From Macrostomum lignano (taxonomy: Eukaryota): a DNA stretch of 64,000 nucleotides. The stretch is taken from contig NIVC01003575.1 of assembly GCA_002269645.1 (NCBI GenBank), positions 26,236 to 90,235 of the forward strand, written 5' to 3'. Of this stretch, positions 25,727-36,299 are shown piece after piece (the stretch's first letter is position 1; each line of letters opens with the position of its first letter). Made by a program: the position numbers and the translations under genes. Below the pieces are notes generated by a model. That model did not search any database, was not told the DNA's origin, and worked only from the letters and a program-made list of their open reading frames with translations.

Positions 25727-26644
25727 ATATTGCTAGTAATTGCTAATAATTAATCTAGGCAGCTATTCTAGCATGGATTTTAATTGAATGCGAAATACAT
25801 GTATTCAATCGAATTTCATATTCGATATTAGATAATTTATTATCATGGTTACCATAGCAAAGGCAATCTGTCGTAGCTACTACTATAGCAGCGAAAAAAG
25901 TATGGGTACTGCATTATGACAATGGTTGTTATTTTTTTATTTTAAATGTTACTTGAAAACCCTTAATACTCGTATCTTTATAACCATACTGCTAACCCCC
26001 TGCAACTCTTCCTTTGAATCTGAGCACAATGTCTTTGTGTATTTGTATTCTTCTGGCTAACTTCATATGCTGTGTTAGTATGTACTCTTGTGTATATATT
26101 GCTACTGTGAGTTGCTCGCTTTTTTATTAAACTAAAGTTAATAGACGACAATTAAAAAGCCAAAATCTCACTGTTGTACAAGCGTGTGAGTTCATAAAAT
26201 ATTTAAGTGCAATTTCGTTCTATGACGGGCTTTAATTATTTCAATTAAAAAAATAGAGCTAAAATGACTTCTATGCTACTATTAGTAGTTGTGGTAGAAA
26301 AATCTTATTTTAGGAAAATGTCATTTTTGGGTTTGCGGCCTCTAGCCAAATAGTGTACATTTAATATGCATGTACAAGTACAACATTCGCTCTCTCAGAC
26401 TGATAATAACTGATAAAATGCACGCGGCAATTTCTGACCCGCATGAGCTCTGAAGAAGCATTTCAGAAGAAAGCTTTCATTCACTGTGCCATTGAAGCAT
26501 AATTTCGAAATTTGTGAAATTTGTCTTTGCGAGTTTGTTTATTAAGTAAGTTTTCATTCTTCATTATTAATAATGATTTATTTCTCTCGGCAAACATCTA
26601 TGAACATTGAATCGAACCAAGTACATCTAGATGGAGTCTTTTCC

Positions 26645-26941
26645 GTGTGAATGCAGTCCGAGTTACATCTAAATTTGTGTGAATCCAGTCTTGAGTTATT
26701 TGTATGTGAATCCAATCTGAAATGTGTGAATCCAGCCTGAAATTTGTGAATGCAGTCTGTATTGTGTGAATCCAGACTGAAATGTGTGTATTAGGGCTGA
26801 AATATGTGAATTCAGTCTGAAATGTGTGAATCCAGCCTGAAATGTGTGAATGCAGTCTGTATTGTGTGAATCCAGACTGAAATGTGTGTATTATGGCTGA
26901 AATATGTGAATTCAGTCTGAAATGTGTGAATCCAGTCTGAG
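26645..26941. repeat. ~20-bp minisatellite upstream of RidA
   Basis: Unit GTGTGAATCCAGTCTGAAAT. Confidence 0.85.
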
Positions 26942-27000
26942 CTATTACTCCAAGTGTGTCAGTGTTTGATTGCCGTTGGCTCTATCTTCATCTTCCAGCC

Positions 27001-27450
27001 ATGCCAGCCAACAGCGGCAGAAAGGTGATAGAGACAAAAAATGCTCCAATCGTAAAAAATCCGCTAAGTCAGGCTGTGATGACGTCATCGCCGAACAGCC
27101 GCCTGCTGTTCCTGTCGGGCCAGTGCGGCTTCCTGCCCGACAGCGGGCAGCTGGCCGGCCTGGACACCGAGAGCCAGGCTAGACAGGCGTTGCGCAACGT
27201 TGGCGCCGTTCTCGCCGCCGCAGGCGTCGACTACAACAGCGTGTTAAAGTGCACCGCCCTGCTAGCCGACATTCGCGACGCACAGAGCTTCAATTCAGTC
27301 TACGCTGAATTCTTTCAGCGGCCCTATCCGGCTAGGGAATGTTACCAGGTGTCCAACTTGCCCGCCGGGGCACGCGTTGAAATTATTGTCGTGGCCGAGG
27401 TGGCTACTGATAGTAGTAGCGGCAGTAGTAGGCCCTCGGCTAAGCTGTGA
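27001..27450 (+). CDS. RIDA: RidA/YjgF/UK114-family 2-iminobutanoate/2-iminopropanoate deaminase, single coding exon, 149 aa, C-terminal AKL
   Basis: ATG at 27001 follows an acceptor-like ttcatcttccag|cc. Motifs APxxxxPLSQA, FLSGQ, QALRN, FNSVYAEFF, YPAR (catalytic Arg105 equivalent) and LPAGARVEI are present. AATAAA lies at ~27508. Confidence 0.92.
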   Translation: MPANSGRKVIETKNAPIVKNPLSQAVMTSSPNSRLLFLSGQCGFLPDSGQLAGLDTESQARQALRNVGAVLAAAGVDYNSVLKCTALLADIRDAQSFNSVYAEFFQRPYPARECYQVSNLPAGARVEIIVVAEVATDSSSGSSRPSAKL

Positions 27451-27574
27451 CTGTCCGAAAACCCAATCATTAGTCTAAAGACCATGAAGAGCTCGCCTCC
27501 ATAGCCTTCAATAAAGTTTGCGATCTGACCCTTAATGGAATCGTCATTTGGATTCAAATCCTTAAAAAAATAAT

Positions 27575-27955
27575 CGCCCCTCCAGTCCCAAAAGAGTCGC
27601 CCTCCAGTCCCAAAAGAGTCGCCCTCCAGTCCCAAAAGAGTCGCCCTCCAGTCCCAAAAGAGTCGCCCTCCAGCCCCATAAGAGTCGCCCTCCAGCCCCA
27701 TAAGAGTCGCCCTCCAGTCCCAAAAGAGTCGCCCTCCAGCCCCATAAGAGTCGCCCTCCAGCCCCATAAGAGTCGCCCTCCAGTCCCAAAAGAGTCGCCC
27801 TCCAGCCCCATAAGAGTCGCCCTCCAGCCCCATAAGAGTCGCCCTCCAGTCCCAAAAGAGTCGCCCTCCAGCCCCATAAGAGTCGCCCTCCAGTCTCATA
27901 AGAGTCGCCCTCCAGCCCCATAAGAGTCGCCCTCCAGTCCCATAAGAGTCGCCCC
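27575..27955. repeat. 22-bp minisatellite downstream of RidA
   Basis: Unit AGAGTCGCCCTCCAG(T/C)CCCA(A/T)A. Confidence 0.95.
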
Positions 27956-28516
27956 CATCCTCATCGGAGTGGTCTTTAGCCTCCCCCATGCCATATTTCA
28001 GTAAAAAGTTATTTTAACCAATGGCTTGTTGGCTCTGATTGATGAACATTTTCCAGCTATCGAGCGTACACTTTTTCTGAATAATTGTCCTGGCCATCGG
28101 TCTGCCAGTGTTATTATTTCAGTCAAAATATATTTAGCAATACAGCGACGCAATATTTAGCCCTAAATGTGGCCTAACATAGATTAGCATACTTCGTATA
28201 AATTTTCAAGCCTCCGTTTTCGTTAATTTCAAGCAGGCTGAGTACTCGGGGGTGAGTAAACATTTTTTTGAAATTGAAGAAAATGCCTTGGTGCATAAGT
28301 TTGAAAAAAGCACTACTCAAAAACGTCTTATTTGGTAGATTTTACGAGAATTCTGCACACTGTACCCACAGTCCACTGTACACTGAATTGTGTGCCAATT
28401 TTAAATTACACGGCTGTGTGCGAGTCGCAGAATTGCGCATTGCTAGCGAGGGGGTAGAGAAGTTTTTCTACGCAAACTGCGCACTGGCCTCGCTGCGGTG
28501 CTGTGTATGGGCGCGT

Positions 28517-28580
28517 GTTGCCAGGGGCGACGGCCACGCCAAGCACGCAAGCGCAGGCAGAGCTGTCGGATTTTATATAG
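28517..28580 (+). promoter_or_regulatory. Putative TTLL7 promoter: X-box-like site and TATA-like box
   Basis: GTTGCCAGGGGCGAC at 28517-28531 and TTTATATAG at ~28572, in a CpG-rich stretch ~140-200 nt upstream of the ATG. Confidence 0.4.
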
Positions 28581-28711
28581 GCAGTAGAGGAAAAACACTG
28601 GAATTTGCGTTTAGCTCTAGCAAAAGCAAAGAAGATTTTCAAGTGAAATCAATTAGTTTAATCCTGCTTAGCAACCACTGGCGGGTTTCCCTGCCCTAAT
28701 AGACCAAAAAC

Positions 28712-31700
28712 ATGGCCGGGTTTGCTCGACTACACGATTCAATGGCTAATCTGTACCTAGGAAAGCCAACGAGTCCACTCAATCCTATCTCCGAGACGCC
28801 GTCCAAGTCACCCGGAAACAGTCGCACCTTCGATTCCACTGCCAGCAGCGAGCGGAAGCACCCCGCACCGGGCGGCAGTCGCAACCGTCTGCGTGTCAGC
28901 GACAGCGACGAGGAACGCGACAAGAACGCCAGCTTTATGTCCTATCAGCCGCGTTCGTCCGCTTCTTCAGCTGGCTTGCGTCGCGATGAAAACACCATCG
29001 AAGACAGCGCCGACAAAAAGCGACCCGGATCGCCGCGACCTACGGGATCGTCATTGGCTCGACGTAGTCGCAACGCTGAGCAGAAATCGTCCCAAAATTT
29101 GCCAACTCGATCCGTCGACGGCGCAAGCAGCAGCCGCTCGCTCAGCCGTCCGACAGCGGGCGATGGCAAACAAGCGCGACACTACGACAGTACGGACAAC
29201 ATGCGGCTGGGAGTCAAGGATGACTCTTCGTCAGAAAACTCCGACGCTAGACTGAGTCGAACAAGGGACAAACCCAACTGGTCTTCGAGCCGGAGGCAAG
29301 CCGACACTAACAAAAGTGAATTCGATATTCCACCACGAAGTAGTAGGCTGGGTTCGAGCCTACTTGACAAAAGCTCGTCCCTAACTCGAGGAGGGAATCT
29401 TGACAGCAAGCTTAGCGACGACGATTCGCCACCAGCGAGGTCTTCACTTCGTGACGAAACTTCGATTCGACGCAGAAAGGAGATTGGAGTAACAGATCGT
29501 GATAGAGATATCCCAATGCGTCGCCGATCACCCAGGGCAGCTCTCGAACCGGAAAACCGCGATGACAGCGCCTCGCCAACACTTCGGTCAACCGCTCAAA
29601 AAGGAAGCTTTGAGGAGCCGCTCAAAAAATGGAAAGAATCCCCTAGTCTGAGCAGCAAAGACAGCATTCCAGCTCGACGCAAAAAGATTATGGAAGACGA
29701 CTACGATTCTCCGTCATCTAGATCTGCCGCTCGCGACAAGCCTCGGTTGAGTTTAACTAGCGGTAGACGGGACCAGTCACCGCCGCCGTCAAAATTGTCG
29801 CCACGTAATGAATCCTCCCCGCGCCGACGAAACGATACTGACGAGCGAAGTGGCTCTTTACCATTCAATCGTCGGAGAGACTTGTCTGGTAAGAACAGCG
29901 ATTCCGAGGAGTTACCTTCTCGCCGAAGGACGGACCGAGATTTCAGATCCGACTCGCCACCTCTGAAGTCATCTTTTCGCGACGAACCGCTAAACCGTCG
30001 ACGCGACAACAACAGCAAAACCGAAATGGAAGACCTGCCGTTTCGTCGTAAGAGGGAATCTCCGAATGATCGCAGTGAATCGCCGCCTTCTAGATTTAGG
30101 CAAGATGAATCTCTGGTTCGTAGAAAACCTATCAAAGACGATAAAGATGACCTTAAAAGGCGAGGAAGTACAAATAAAGATACGGACGATTCCGAACCGC
30201 AAGCGTCAGATTATCCGCGTCGTCGACCTGCTCCTGGTTTGAGGAGTGGAGCCTCATCGCCACCTCTTCAATCTTCATTGGGGAACAATCTGTCTCCAAG
30301 GCGGTCTAGCTATGCTAGAGACTCGGCAACTTCGCAGAGACAGACAGGCCTGCTTTTAAGTTCAAAAAGTCGCTACAAAGGCAGTGACGACGAATCGCCT
30401 CTGCCTAAACGGGAAGACGGCTTAAGCCTTCGGCGGTCAAGAAATCTAGCTACCCGAGACATGTCACCTCCACTGAGCACTTCTATGCCGGCATATAGAA
30501 CTGGCGACAGTCTTTCACCGCGTCGTCAGGATGATTTGAAAGACGACGACCGAAAGAAACGGGAGGAGGCTGGTTCATGGCCAAAGTCCGGATACAGGCC
30601 CGGTCTTCAGCGCAAAGAAGGCTTGCAGTCCAATGAAACACCTGGTCCAAAATCTAAATTTCAAGGCGACAAGGAACAGCCAAAGTCTGGAACATTCAAA
30701 AGAGCCGTCACAACGCCTAAACAAGCATCCTTAGAAAAGAAAAAGCCTCTACGAGTAGAAACCTCTGATTCCGAGACTGAGAGTTCAAGCGGGACAAAGG
30801 GGTTTAAACGAGAGCCTATTAAGTCACCGGTGCGAACCAAGCCTGCCGGCAAGGATGGTAGAAGCCTGTCCCCTCCATCTAGATCCTTTAGCAAGAGCTC
30901 TCGAGATGAGCTCTCCCCTCGCAGTGCAAAAGGCCTTGACTTGGCTCAGCCTAAGGCAGGAACAGCTTCAAAGCGTCTCGATGGTCGCAAGCAGGAGCCA
31001 GAAAGTACGAAAAAAGGCCTATCACCAAGAGCTAGCTCCAAGGACGACAGCCGATCTCCTCGAAGTAGCGTCCTTAGCGATAGCAAAAGCAATAAGAAGG
31101 AGCCCAGCTACTTGAGATCTGGTCCCAAAGCTGGTCCTAATTCCACTCGGGACCTTTCGCCGCCTAGAACCGCTGAGAAAAAATCGTATGGTTTTAAGTC
31201 ATCGTTCAGAATGTCTGACAAAGACAAAGACTCGGAAAATCGGGCGTCTAAGGGCCCGACTGAATTCGAGTTTTCCCGCTACGAGACACACTCGCTACGC
31301 GTTGTCAAGCTGAAGCGGCCCCTCCCGGCTAATTTGGCTGGCACTCACTATGCACTGGTTGAAACAGCGGCAAGGCTTATTGGCTTCGTCAGGACAAATA
31401 AAGACGACTTTAAAACGCCATTTCTAATCTGGAATGACACCTTCATTTCGATGGAGCGCCTGACCCAGTTGAAACCGTTTCAGAGGGTGAACCATTTTCC
31501 TGGGATGGCCGAGATCTGCCGCAAAGATCTGCTTGCGAAGAACATGGGCAAGCTTAACCAGCGGTATCCAAGCGAGTACAAGTTTGCTCCTAGAACCTGG
31601 TGTCTGCCAGATCAACTCGCCAATTTCCGCCAGCACACGCAAGAGCAAAAGTCTGAAGTGAAGCCATCGTACATTTGCAAGCCGGTTGACGGCACATCTG

Positions 31701-33484
31701 GTAGAGGCATTAAAATCTACAGGACCGCTGAGGAGGTTCCACAGACGGTTGAAAGCCAGTGCGTACTGCAAGAGTATGTGTCCAACCCCTTCTTGATTGA
31801 GAACGTCAAGTTCGATCTGCGTCTGTACGTTCTGGTGTCCTCTTGCGATCCTCTGCGCATCTATCTCTTCAACGATGGCTTCATTCGAATGAGCTCTGAG
31901 CCCTATGTTGATCCACAGAAATGCAAAGCTGACGAAGACCTGAACTTCATCCACCTGACTAATTGCTCAGTAAACAAGCAGAATCGACCGACTGATACGT
32001 ATGGCGCCGCCTCCCGCCGCAGAGGCGCCAAGGTTAGTGGCATGAAGCGACCTCTGATGTTTCTCAACAGCTATCTGCAGCAGAACAAATACGACGTGGC
32101 CTTGGTGTGGCGCAGAATCGTTGATCTAATCATCAAGACAGTGTTCGCCGCCTACCCGCACGTTGTCCGTTCTTACCGCCAGTGCCGCCCGACAGAGAGT
32201 CCGGGGAGCGGCTCCGCCTGCTTTGAACTGCTCGGCTTCGATATCCTGCTCGACACCGACCTCAAACCCTGGCTGATGGAGGTCAACCGATCGCCGAGTT
32301 TCGACTACGACAACTCGGAAGAAGAGAAAGTGAAGCTTCAACTGCTGCAGGAGACGCTGATGCTGCTAAATTTTAGCCCGGCCGATTGGAAAGCGGCTAA
32401 GCAGACGGCCGACAGTCCGGAGGTGCCAGCCAAGACAGCGCAAAAGGAGGTGACGGAGCTCACTGCGCTATTAGCGCGGCTGAAACGACAAGACCGGATG
32501 AAGGATGTCGACACGCGAATCTGTCAGCGATTCCGTTGCATCTTTCCAGTCGATGATGCCACCAAGCAAGAGAAGCTGGTGTCCGTAATGCTGGACGCTA
32601 TCTCGGCCCTGCTTGAAGGTAGTCAGATGGAAGCTCTTCACCGCGAGGTCAAGACCTTCAACGCTAGCAAAACGGATGAGGTGGCCAAGAAGCTTGCCCA
32701 GCTCGGCTCCAAGACGGTCCAGCAGCTGATGGACGATGGTCAGGCGGGCAGCAGCGGCTCCGACTCCGAGATCGACGACCAGGCGGCGGGAGGTCGTCGC
32801 AAGCCCGCTGCTGGAAGGCTTCCTTTGAAAGATGGACAAAAAAAGTCGCTGCGAAAAAGTCAAGAAAAGCAGAAGGACCCGGCGCAGAAGCAACCACATC
32901 CGTCTGAGTCGATGATGGCTAACGAGCGCGAGCAGCTGGCTCAGCGAACGCTGAAGTTCCTTAACGAGTTGAGCATCCGCTTTCCTGGAAAGTCGAACCG
33001 CGCCGCCGAACAGATGCTGCGCCAGCTGCAGGATAACTGGCTCGCTAGAAAGGCCGACGTAAGCAGCTACTGGCGCCTGAGCCTTGACGCCGACAAGCGC
33101 CGAAAAGTGATCGACATTGCCAGGCAAAATGTGCGCATAGCGCTCGACAAAGCGCTCCGCATGACGGCCTCGGATGTTGCCGCGGCGGCCGACAATCTGG
33201 CCAGTCTATTCGAGAAGCTGTACAACCGGCTGCTGTGGTGCCACGGCCAGGGACTCTGGGAGACCTTCGCTGGCAACACCGGCTGGGAGTTGATTCTGCG
33301 ACAGTCGCGCGAGGCCCCAACCGAGACGGAGATCAACTGCTGTCGGAGGGTAGTGCAACTGTGCCAGGATGGTCTGATGGTTGTTTACCTGTTCTCTGAT
33401 GCGGCACAGCAGCTGCAACAGCAGCAGCAGCAGCAGCAGGCATCGGAGCAGCTTCCGCTGAAAGCTTCGTTGGCTGTTTTGTGA
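28712..33484 (+). CDS. TTLL7: Tubulin polyglutamylase TTLL7-like, intron-less, 1590 aa, with a ~840-aa S/R/D-rich N-terminal extension
   Basis: TTL domain motifs RVNHFPGM.EICRKD, FAPRTWCLP, YICKP..G..GRGI, QEYVSNPFLI..KFDLRLYVLV, HLTNCSVNK and FELLGFDILLD..LKPWLMEVNRSPSF. The C-terminal block SIRFPGK...DNW..RK..VSSYW...LD..KRRKV...GQGLW...WE.I...CCRRVVQLC resembles the TTLL7 tail. ATTAAA lies ~30 nt after the stop. Confidence 0.88.
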   Translation: MAGFARLHDSMANLYLGKPTSPLNPISETPSKSPGNSRTFDSTASSERKHPAPGGSRNRLRVSDSDEERDKNASFMSYQPRSSASSAGLRRDENTIEDSADKKRPGSPRPTGSSLARRSRNAEQKSSQNLPTRSVDGASSSRSLSRPTAGDGKQARHYDSTDNMRLGVKDDSSSENSDARLSRTRDKPNWSSSRRQADTNKSEFDIPPRSSRLGSSLLDKSSSLTRGGNLDSKLSDDDSPPARSSLRDETSIRRRKEIGVTDRDRDIPMRRRSPRAALEPENRDDSASPTLRSTAQKGSFEEPLKKWKESPSLSSKDSIPARRKKIMEDDYDSPSSRSAARDKPRLSLTSGRRDQSPPPSKLSPRNESSPRRRNDTDERSGSLPFNRRRDLSGKNSDSEELPSRRRTDRDFRSDSPPLKSSFRDEPLNRRRDNNSKTEMEDLPFRRKRESPNDRSESPPSRFRQDESLVRRKPIKDDKDDLKRRGSTNKDTDDSEPQASDYPRRRPAPGLRSGASSPPLQSSLGNNLSPRRSSYARDSATSQRQTGLLLSSKSRYKGSDDESPLPKREDGLSLRRSRNLATRDMSPPLSTSMPAYRTGDSLSPRRQDDLKDDDRKKREEAGSWPKSGYRPGLQRKEGLQSNETPGPKSKFQGDKEQPKSGTFKRAVTTPKQASLEKKKPLRVETSDSETESSSGTKGFKREPIKSPVRTKPAGKDGRSLSPPSRSFSKSSRDELSPRSAKGLDLAQPKAGTASKRLDGRKQEPESTKKGLSPRASSKDDSRSPRSSVLSDSKSNKKEPSYLRSGPKAGPNSTRDLSPPRTAEKKSYGFKSSFRMSDKDKDSENRASKGPTEFEFSRYETHSLRVVKLKRPLPANLAGTHYALVETAARLIGFVRTNKDDFKTPFLIWNDTFISMERLTQLKPFQRVNHFPGMAEICRKDLLAKNMGKLNQRYPSEYKFAPRTWCLPDQLANFRQHTQEQKSEVKPSYICKPVDGTSGRGIKIYRTAEEVPQTVESQCVLQEYVSNPFLIENVKFDLRLYVLVSSCDPLRIYLFNDGFIRMSSEPYVDPQKCKADEDLNFIHLTNCSVNKQNRPTDTYGAASRRRGAKVSGMKRPLMFLNSYLQQNKYDVALVWRRIVDLIIKTVFAAYPHVVRSYRQCRPTESPGSGSACFELLGFDILLDTDLKPWLMEVNRSPSFDYDNSEEEKVKLQLLQETLMLLNFSPADWKAAKQTADSPEVPAKTAQKEVTELTALLARLKRQDRMKDVDTRICQRFRCIFPVDDATKQEKLVSVMLDAISALLEGSQMEALHREVKTFNASKTDEVAKKLAQLGSKTVQQLMDDGQAGSSGSDSEIDDQAAGGRRKPAAGRLPLKDGQKKSLRKSQEKQKDPAQKQPHPSESMMANEREQLAQRTLKFLNELSIRFPGKSNRAAEQMLRQLQDNWLARKADVSSYWRLSLDADKRRKVIDIARQNVRIALDKALRMTASDVAAAADNLASLFEKLYNRLLWCHGQGLWETFAGNTGWELILRQSREAPTETEINCCRRVVQLCQDGLMVVYLFSDAAQQLQQQQQQQQASEQLPLKASLAVL

Positions 33485-34815
33485 TTTCCTATGATATTGA
33501 CGTATTTATTTCTTGCTATTAAAGTAGGTCATACTCTTTCAGTTCTTTGGAATGGTATTAATTTTTTTCGCAGAATTTCTTTAAACTTTGATGCAGATGG
33601 ACAATTAATCTTAGATTTTTTCGTTTAAAATTTCAGATAAAATTGGTTTGAAAAGCGTGCTCGCCTTTTTGACTTGTGTGGCTTTGGATACTCTGACTTG
33701 CAGGTCTGAGACTGTAGCTACGTGTGCTCTATTAAACAATGGATATAATATTTGATGATGACATTCACTATTGAAATATATATATATATAAATACATGAC
33801 CTACGGGCGTATTTAGTGTATAGTTTTTTGTTGATTTTTTGTTACAAGCTATTTTATTTCCTTTTCGTTTGTTCTATTGACAGTAGCATATTGCGTACAC
33901 ATCCCTCTAGTAAAATAAGTTCTTAAATAAAAAAACTATGATAATTTTCCATGATCAGAGCATGATCAAAACTATGCTCTTAGTGTAAGTAGTGTAGCAA
34001 GTAACCTAACCAGTATTCTTGGCTAATTAAAGTCTTGAGAGTGGTAGAAATTGACTAAAAAGTAAACTATTCTTACTTCGTCTGCAACGACCCAATTAAA
34101 AAACCCAGGCCAATTTTCAAGATACTTTGCCCCACAGAAACTAAAATGACTAGATGGGCTGATGGGCTGTTCAGGCATTTACACTTCTAAAATAGCTCTC
34201 TACTTTCAGTTCAGTAGCAAAGAAGAATACATAAGCTATTTTATAAAAATAAAGCCAGCTGAAACCACTTTGATAAGTTTAGAAGCCCAGCTTGCAGGCG
34301 TAAACAGCTTGCTAATTGGTTCAGCAATAATGTACTGGTACATTGGCCAGTCCGCTGATATGTACATTGCAGCTTTAGTCTGCAATTCCGAGAAAGGCAA
34401 TAAAAATTGGGGGCGGGGCGAGGGCTAGTGTGGAAAGGCTGGGTTGGAGGGTTTAAGCTGGGGGGTAAGAGCCAATAAGTGAGGCTTTAAAAATACATTA
34501 AAATGCTTCTGTTTAACTTACTACTGAACTGTAAGTAGCTTGGACGTAAATGTGCTGAGTAGCCCATCTATTTATTCTCGCTAAGTATCTGCGCTCTGCC
34601 CCAATGATGACAAACTGAAGCTAAATTTAACCTTTCACCATAGACAACAAATGCCAGTGAATTTAGGGCAGCTGATAACACCAGCAATTTGCTACGAGCT
34701 ATAAAGAGTCTTTGAGTTATTTAACAATTCTGCAAGCTGTCGGCGGAAAATGTTTCACCAACTAGCGGCCCAATAAATCACATAATTGGGGGTGCGTGCA
34801 GCAGCCGGCCACTCG

Positions 34816-35936
34816 ATGCAGCGGCGCCGAACTCGCACGGACAGCACAGAGGATTCTGAATCGTCCAGCAGCTCGCCACACAACAGCACTACGGCTGCTC
34901 AAGGTTCCGGCGGCGCCACGGACGGCTGGCAGCACACTCTGCAGTCTGCCGCCGTCTCCGCCGCCATCGTGTCGAGCGTCGCCGCCGTAACCGCCGAATC
35001 CGCCATGGTGACCACCGCTCAGCCGGCGGCGACATCGAAGTCCGCCACTGTTCGTCGAATCGCTCAGCGCCTGACTTTGCCGGCTGCGCCTCAGCCGCCT
35101 CCGGCTGCTTCGGCGGCCTCGCTGCTGCAGCATCGACGAATCGCGCGCCGACTGGCTGCACGCCGGCGCCAGCTGCCGCGCTCGCTACGCGATCTGGCGT
35201 CGTCCGACGAGTCCGCGCAGGACGCCGACGACGAGGCCTCCGCCTCCGCCGGGCTCAACGACGCCGACAGGCTGGCGCATCGACAACGGACGATTTCAAC
35301 GATTTTGAAGGCGACGACGACAGCGAGGCTGAAATCGCACTGGACGAAGCCGAAGACGCCTTTGAGGAGGTGCGCGCCGTTGAAGAAGCTGAAGCCGAAG
35401 AGGCAGTGGTCGTGGAGGAGACGCAGTCTAGCGACGAGTTCGCCGCCGGCGCGGTGCCCTGGCCAGCGGCAACCAACGACGACTTCGTGGAATTCATCGT
35501 CGACGATGCTATACCCGCCGCTGCCACCGCTGCCGCTGCCGCCGGCATGAACTGGGGCGAGCGAATGCGCAGAGACACCTGGCGACTTTTCCGGCGTCGA
35601 CGAGCCGCCGCGCTGGCAACTGCAGCAGCCGCTGCCGCCGCAGCTTCGAATTTCGGCGCTCTCGGCGGCGGTCGCCGCGACAGTCGGTGGCATCCTCACC
35701 GACGCCGCTCGCTGCCTCTTCGCTCCGTGCCAGTCGGTGGCGGCTGCTCAACGGAGTCGTCGTGTGTGGCGCCGGCGCTGCTGAGGGAGCGGCTGCGATT
35801 CTCGGACGGCGGCGGCGGCGGCGGCGGCCTCTTGGCTCAGGCGGCCGAATCCGTCCAGCCAGAGGAGGTCCGCGTGTCGCCCGAGCTCATGCGGCGCCTC
35901 GCCAGCGAGGTGTTCCACAGCTGCGACTCGAGCTGA
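34816..35936 (+). CDS. Orphan acidic, Ala-rich disordered protein (~373 aa if a 1-nt frameshift at ~35269 is corrected)
   Basis: GC-rich coding-like block. The frame from ATG 34816 reads naturally up to ...SSDESAQDADDEASASAGLNDAD; the other frame then reads AGASTTDDFNDFEGDDDSEAEIALDEAED...VFHSCDSS*. The two frames are separated by 'AG' only. AATAAA lies at ~35990. I recognise no family. Confidence 0.55.
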
Positions 35937-36299
35937 GGGCCACCAATACTTGCGCCCAGCGTGTTCCGAGTTTTCCAGTTAGCCGCCGAAATAAAACATT
36001 CATTTCTAACGCAACCCTGGCGCAAACAAAATATACAGCTTTTTAGTTGCCAATTTGCAGCTGAACTCATTCCGATTTTCTTTTTCAATTTTATTTTTTC
36101 AACAGACTTAAATGAGTAAAACTGCGTCCTGGTCTACAGTTCACAAAGCTTTGTTCATAAAATCTATCGAGATAGTTTTAATCATGGCGCTCATCTCTGA
36201 CCAAGAATTTTGCGCCAGTCTACTGTGCCGCGCCCCCCCCCCTCCTCACGTACTTTAGGCGCAGTTTTTAGCGCTAAATTTGGCACACTCGTTAGTGCT

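Noticed and set aside
28893-33418. Antisense and alternate-frame ORFs within TTLL7, the orphan gene and RhoGAP/kinase exons
   Set aside because: Expected shadows of GC-rich coding sequence with no independent motifs.
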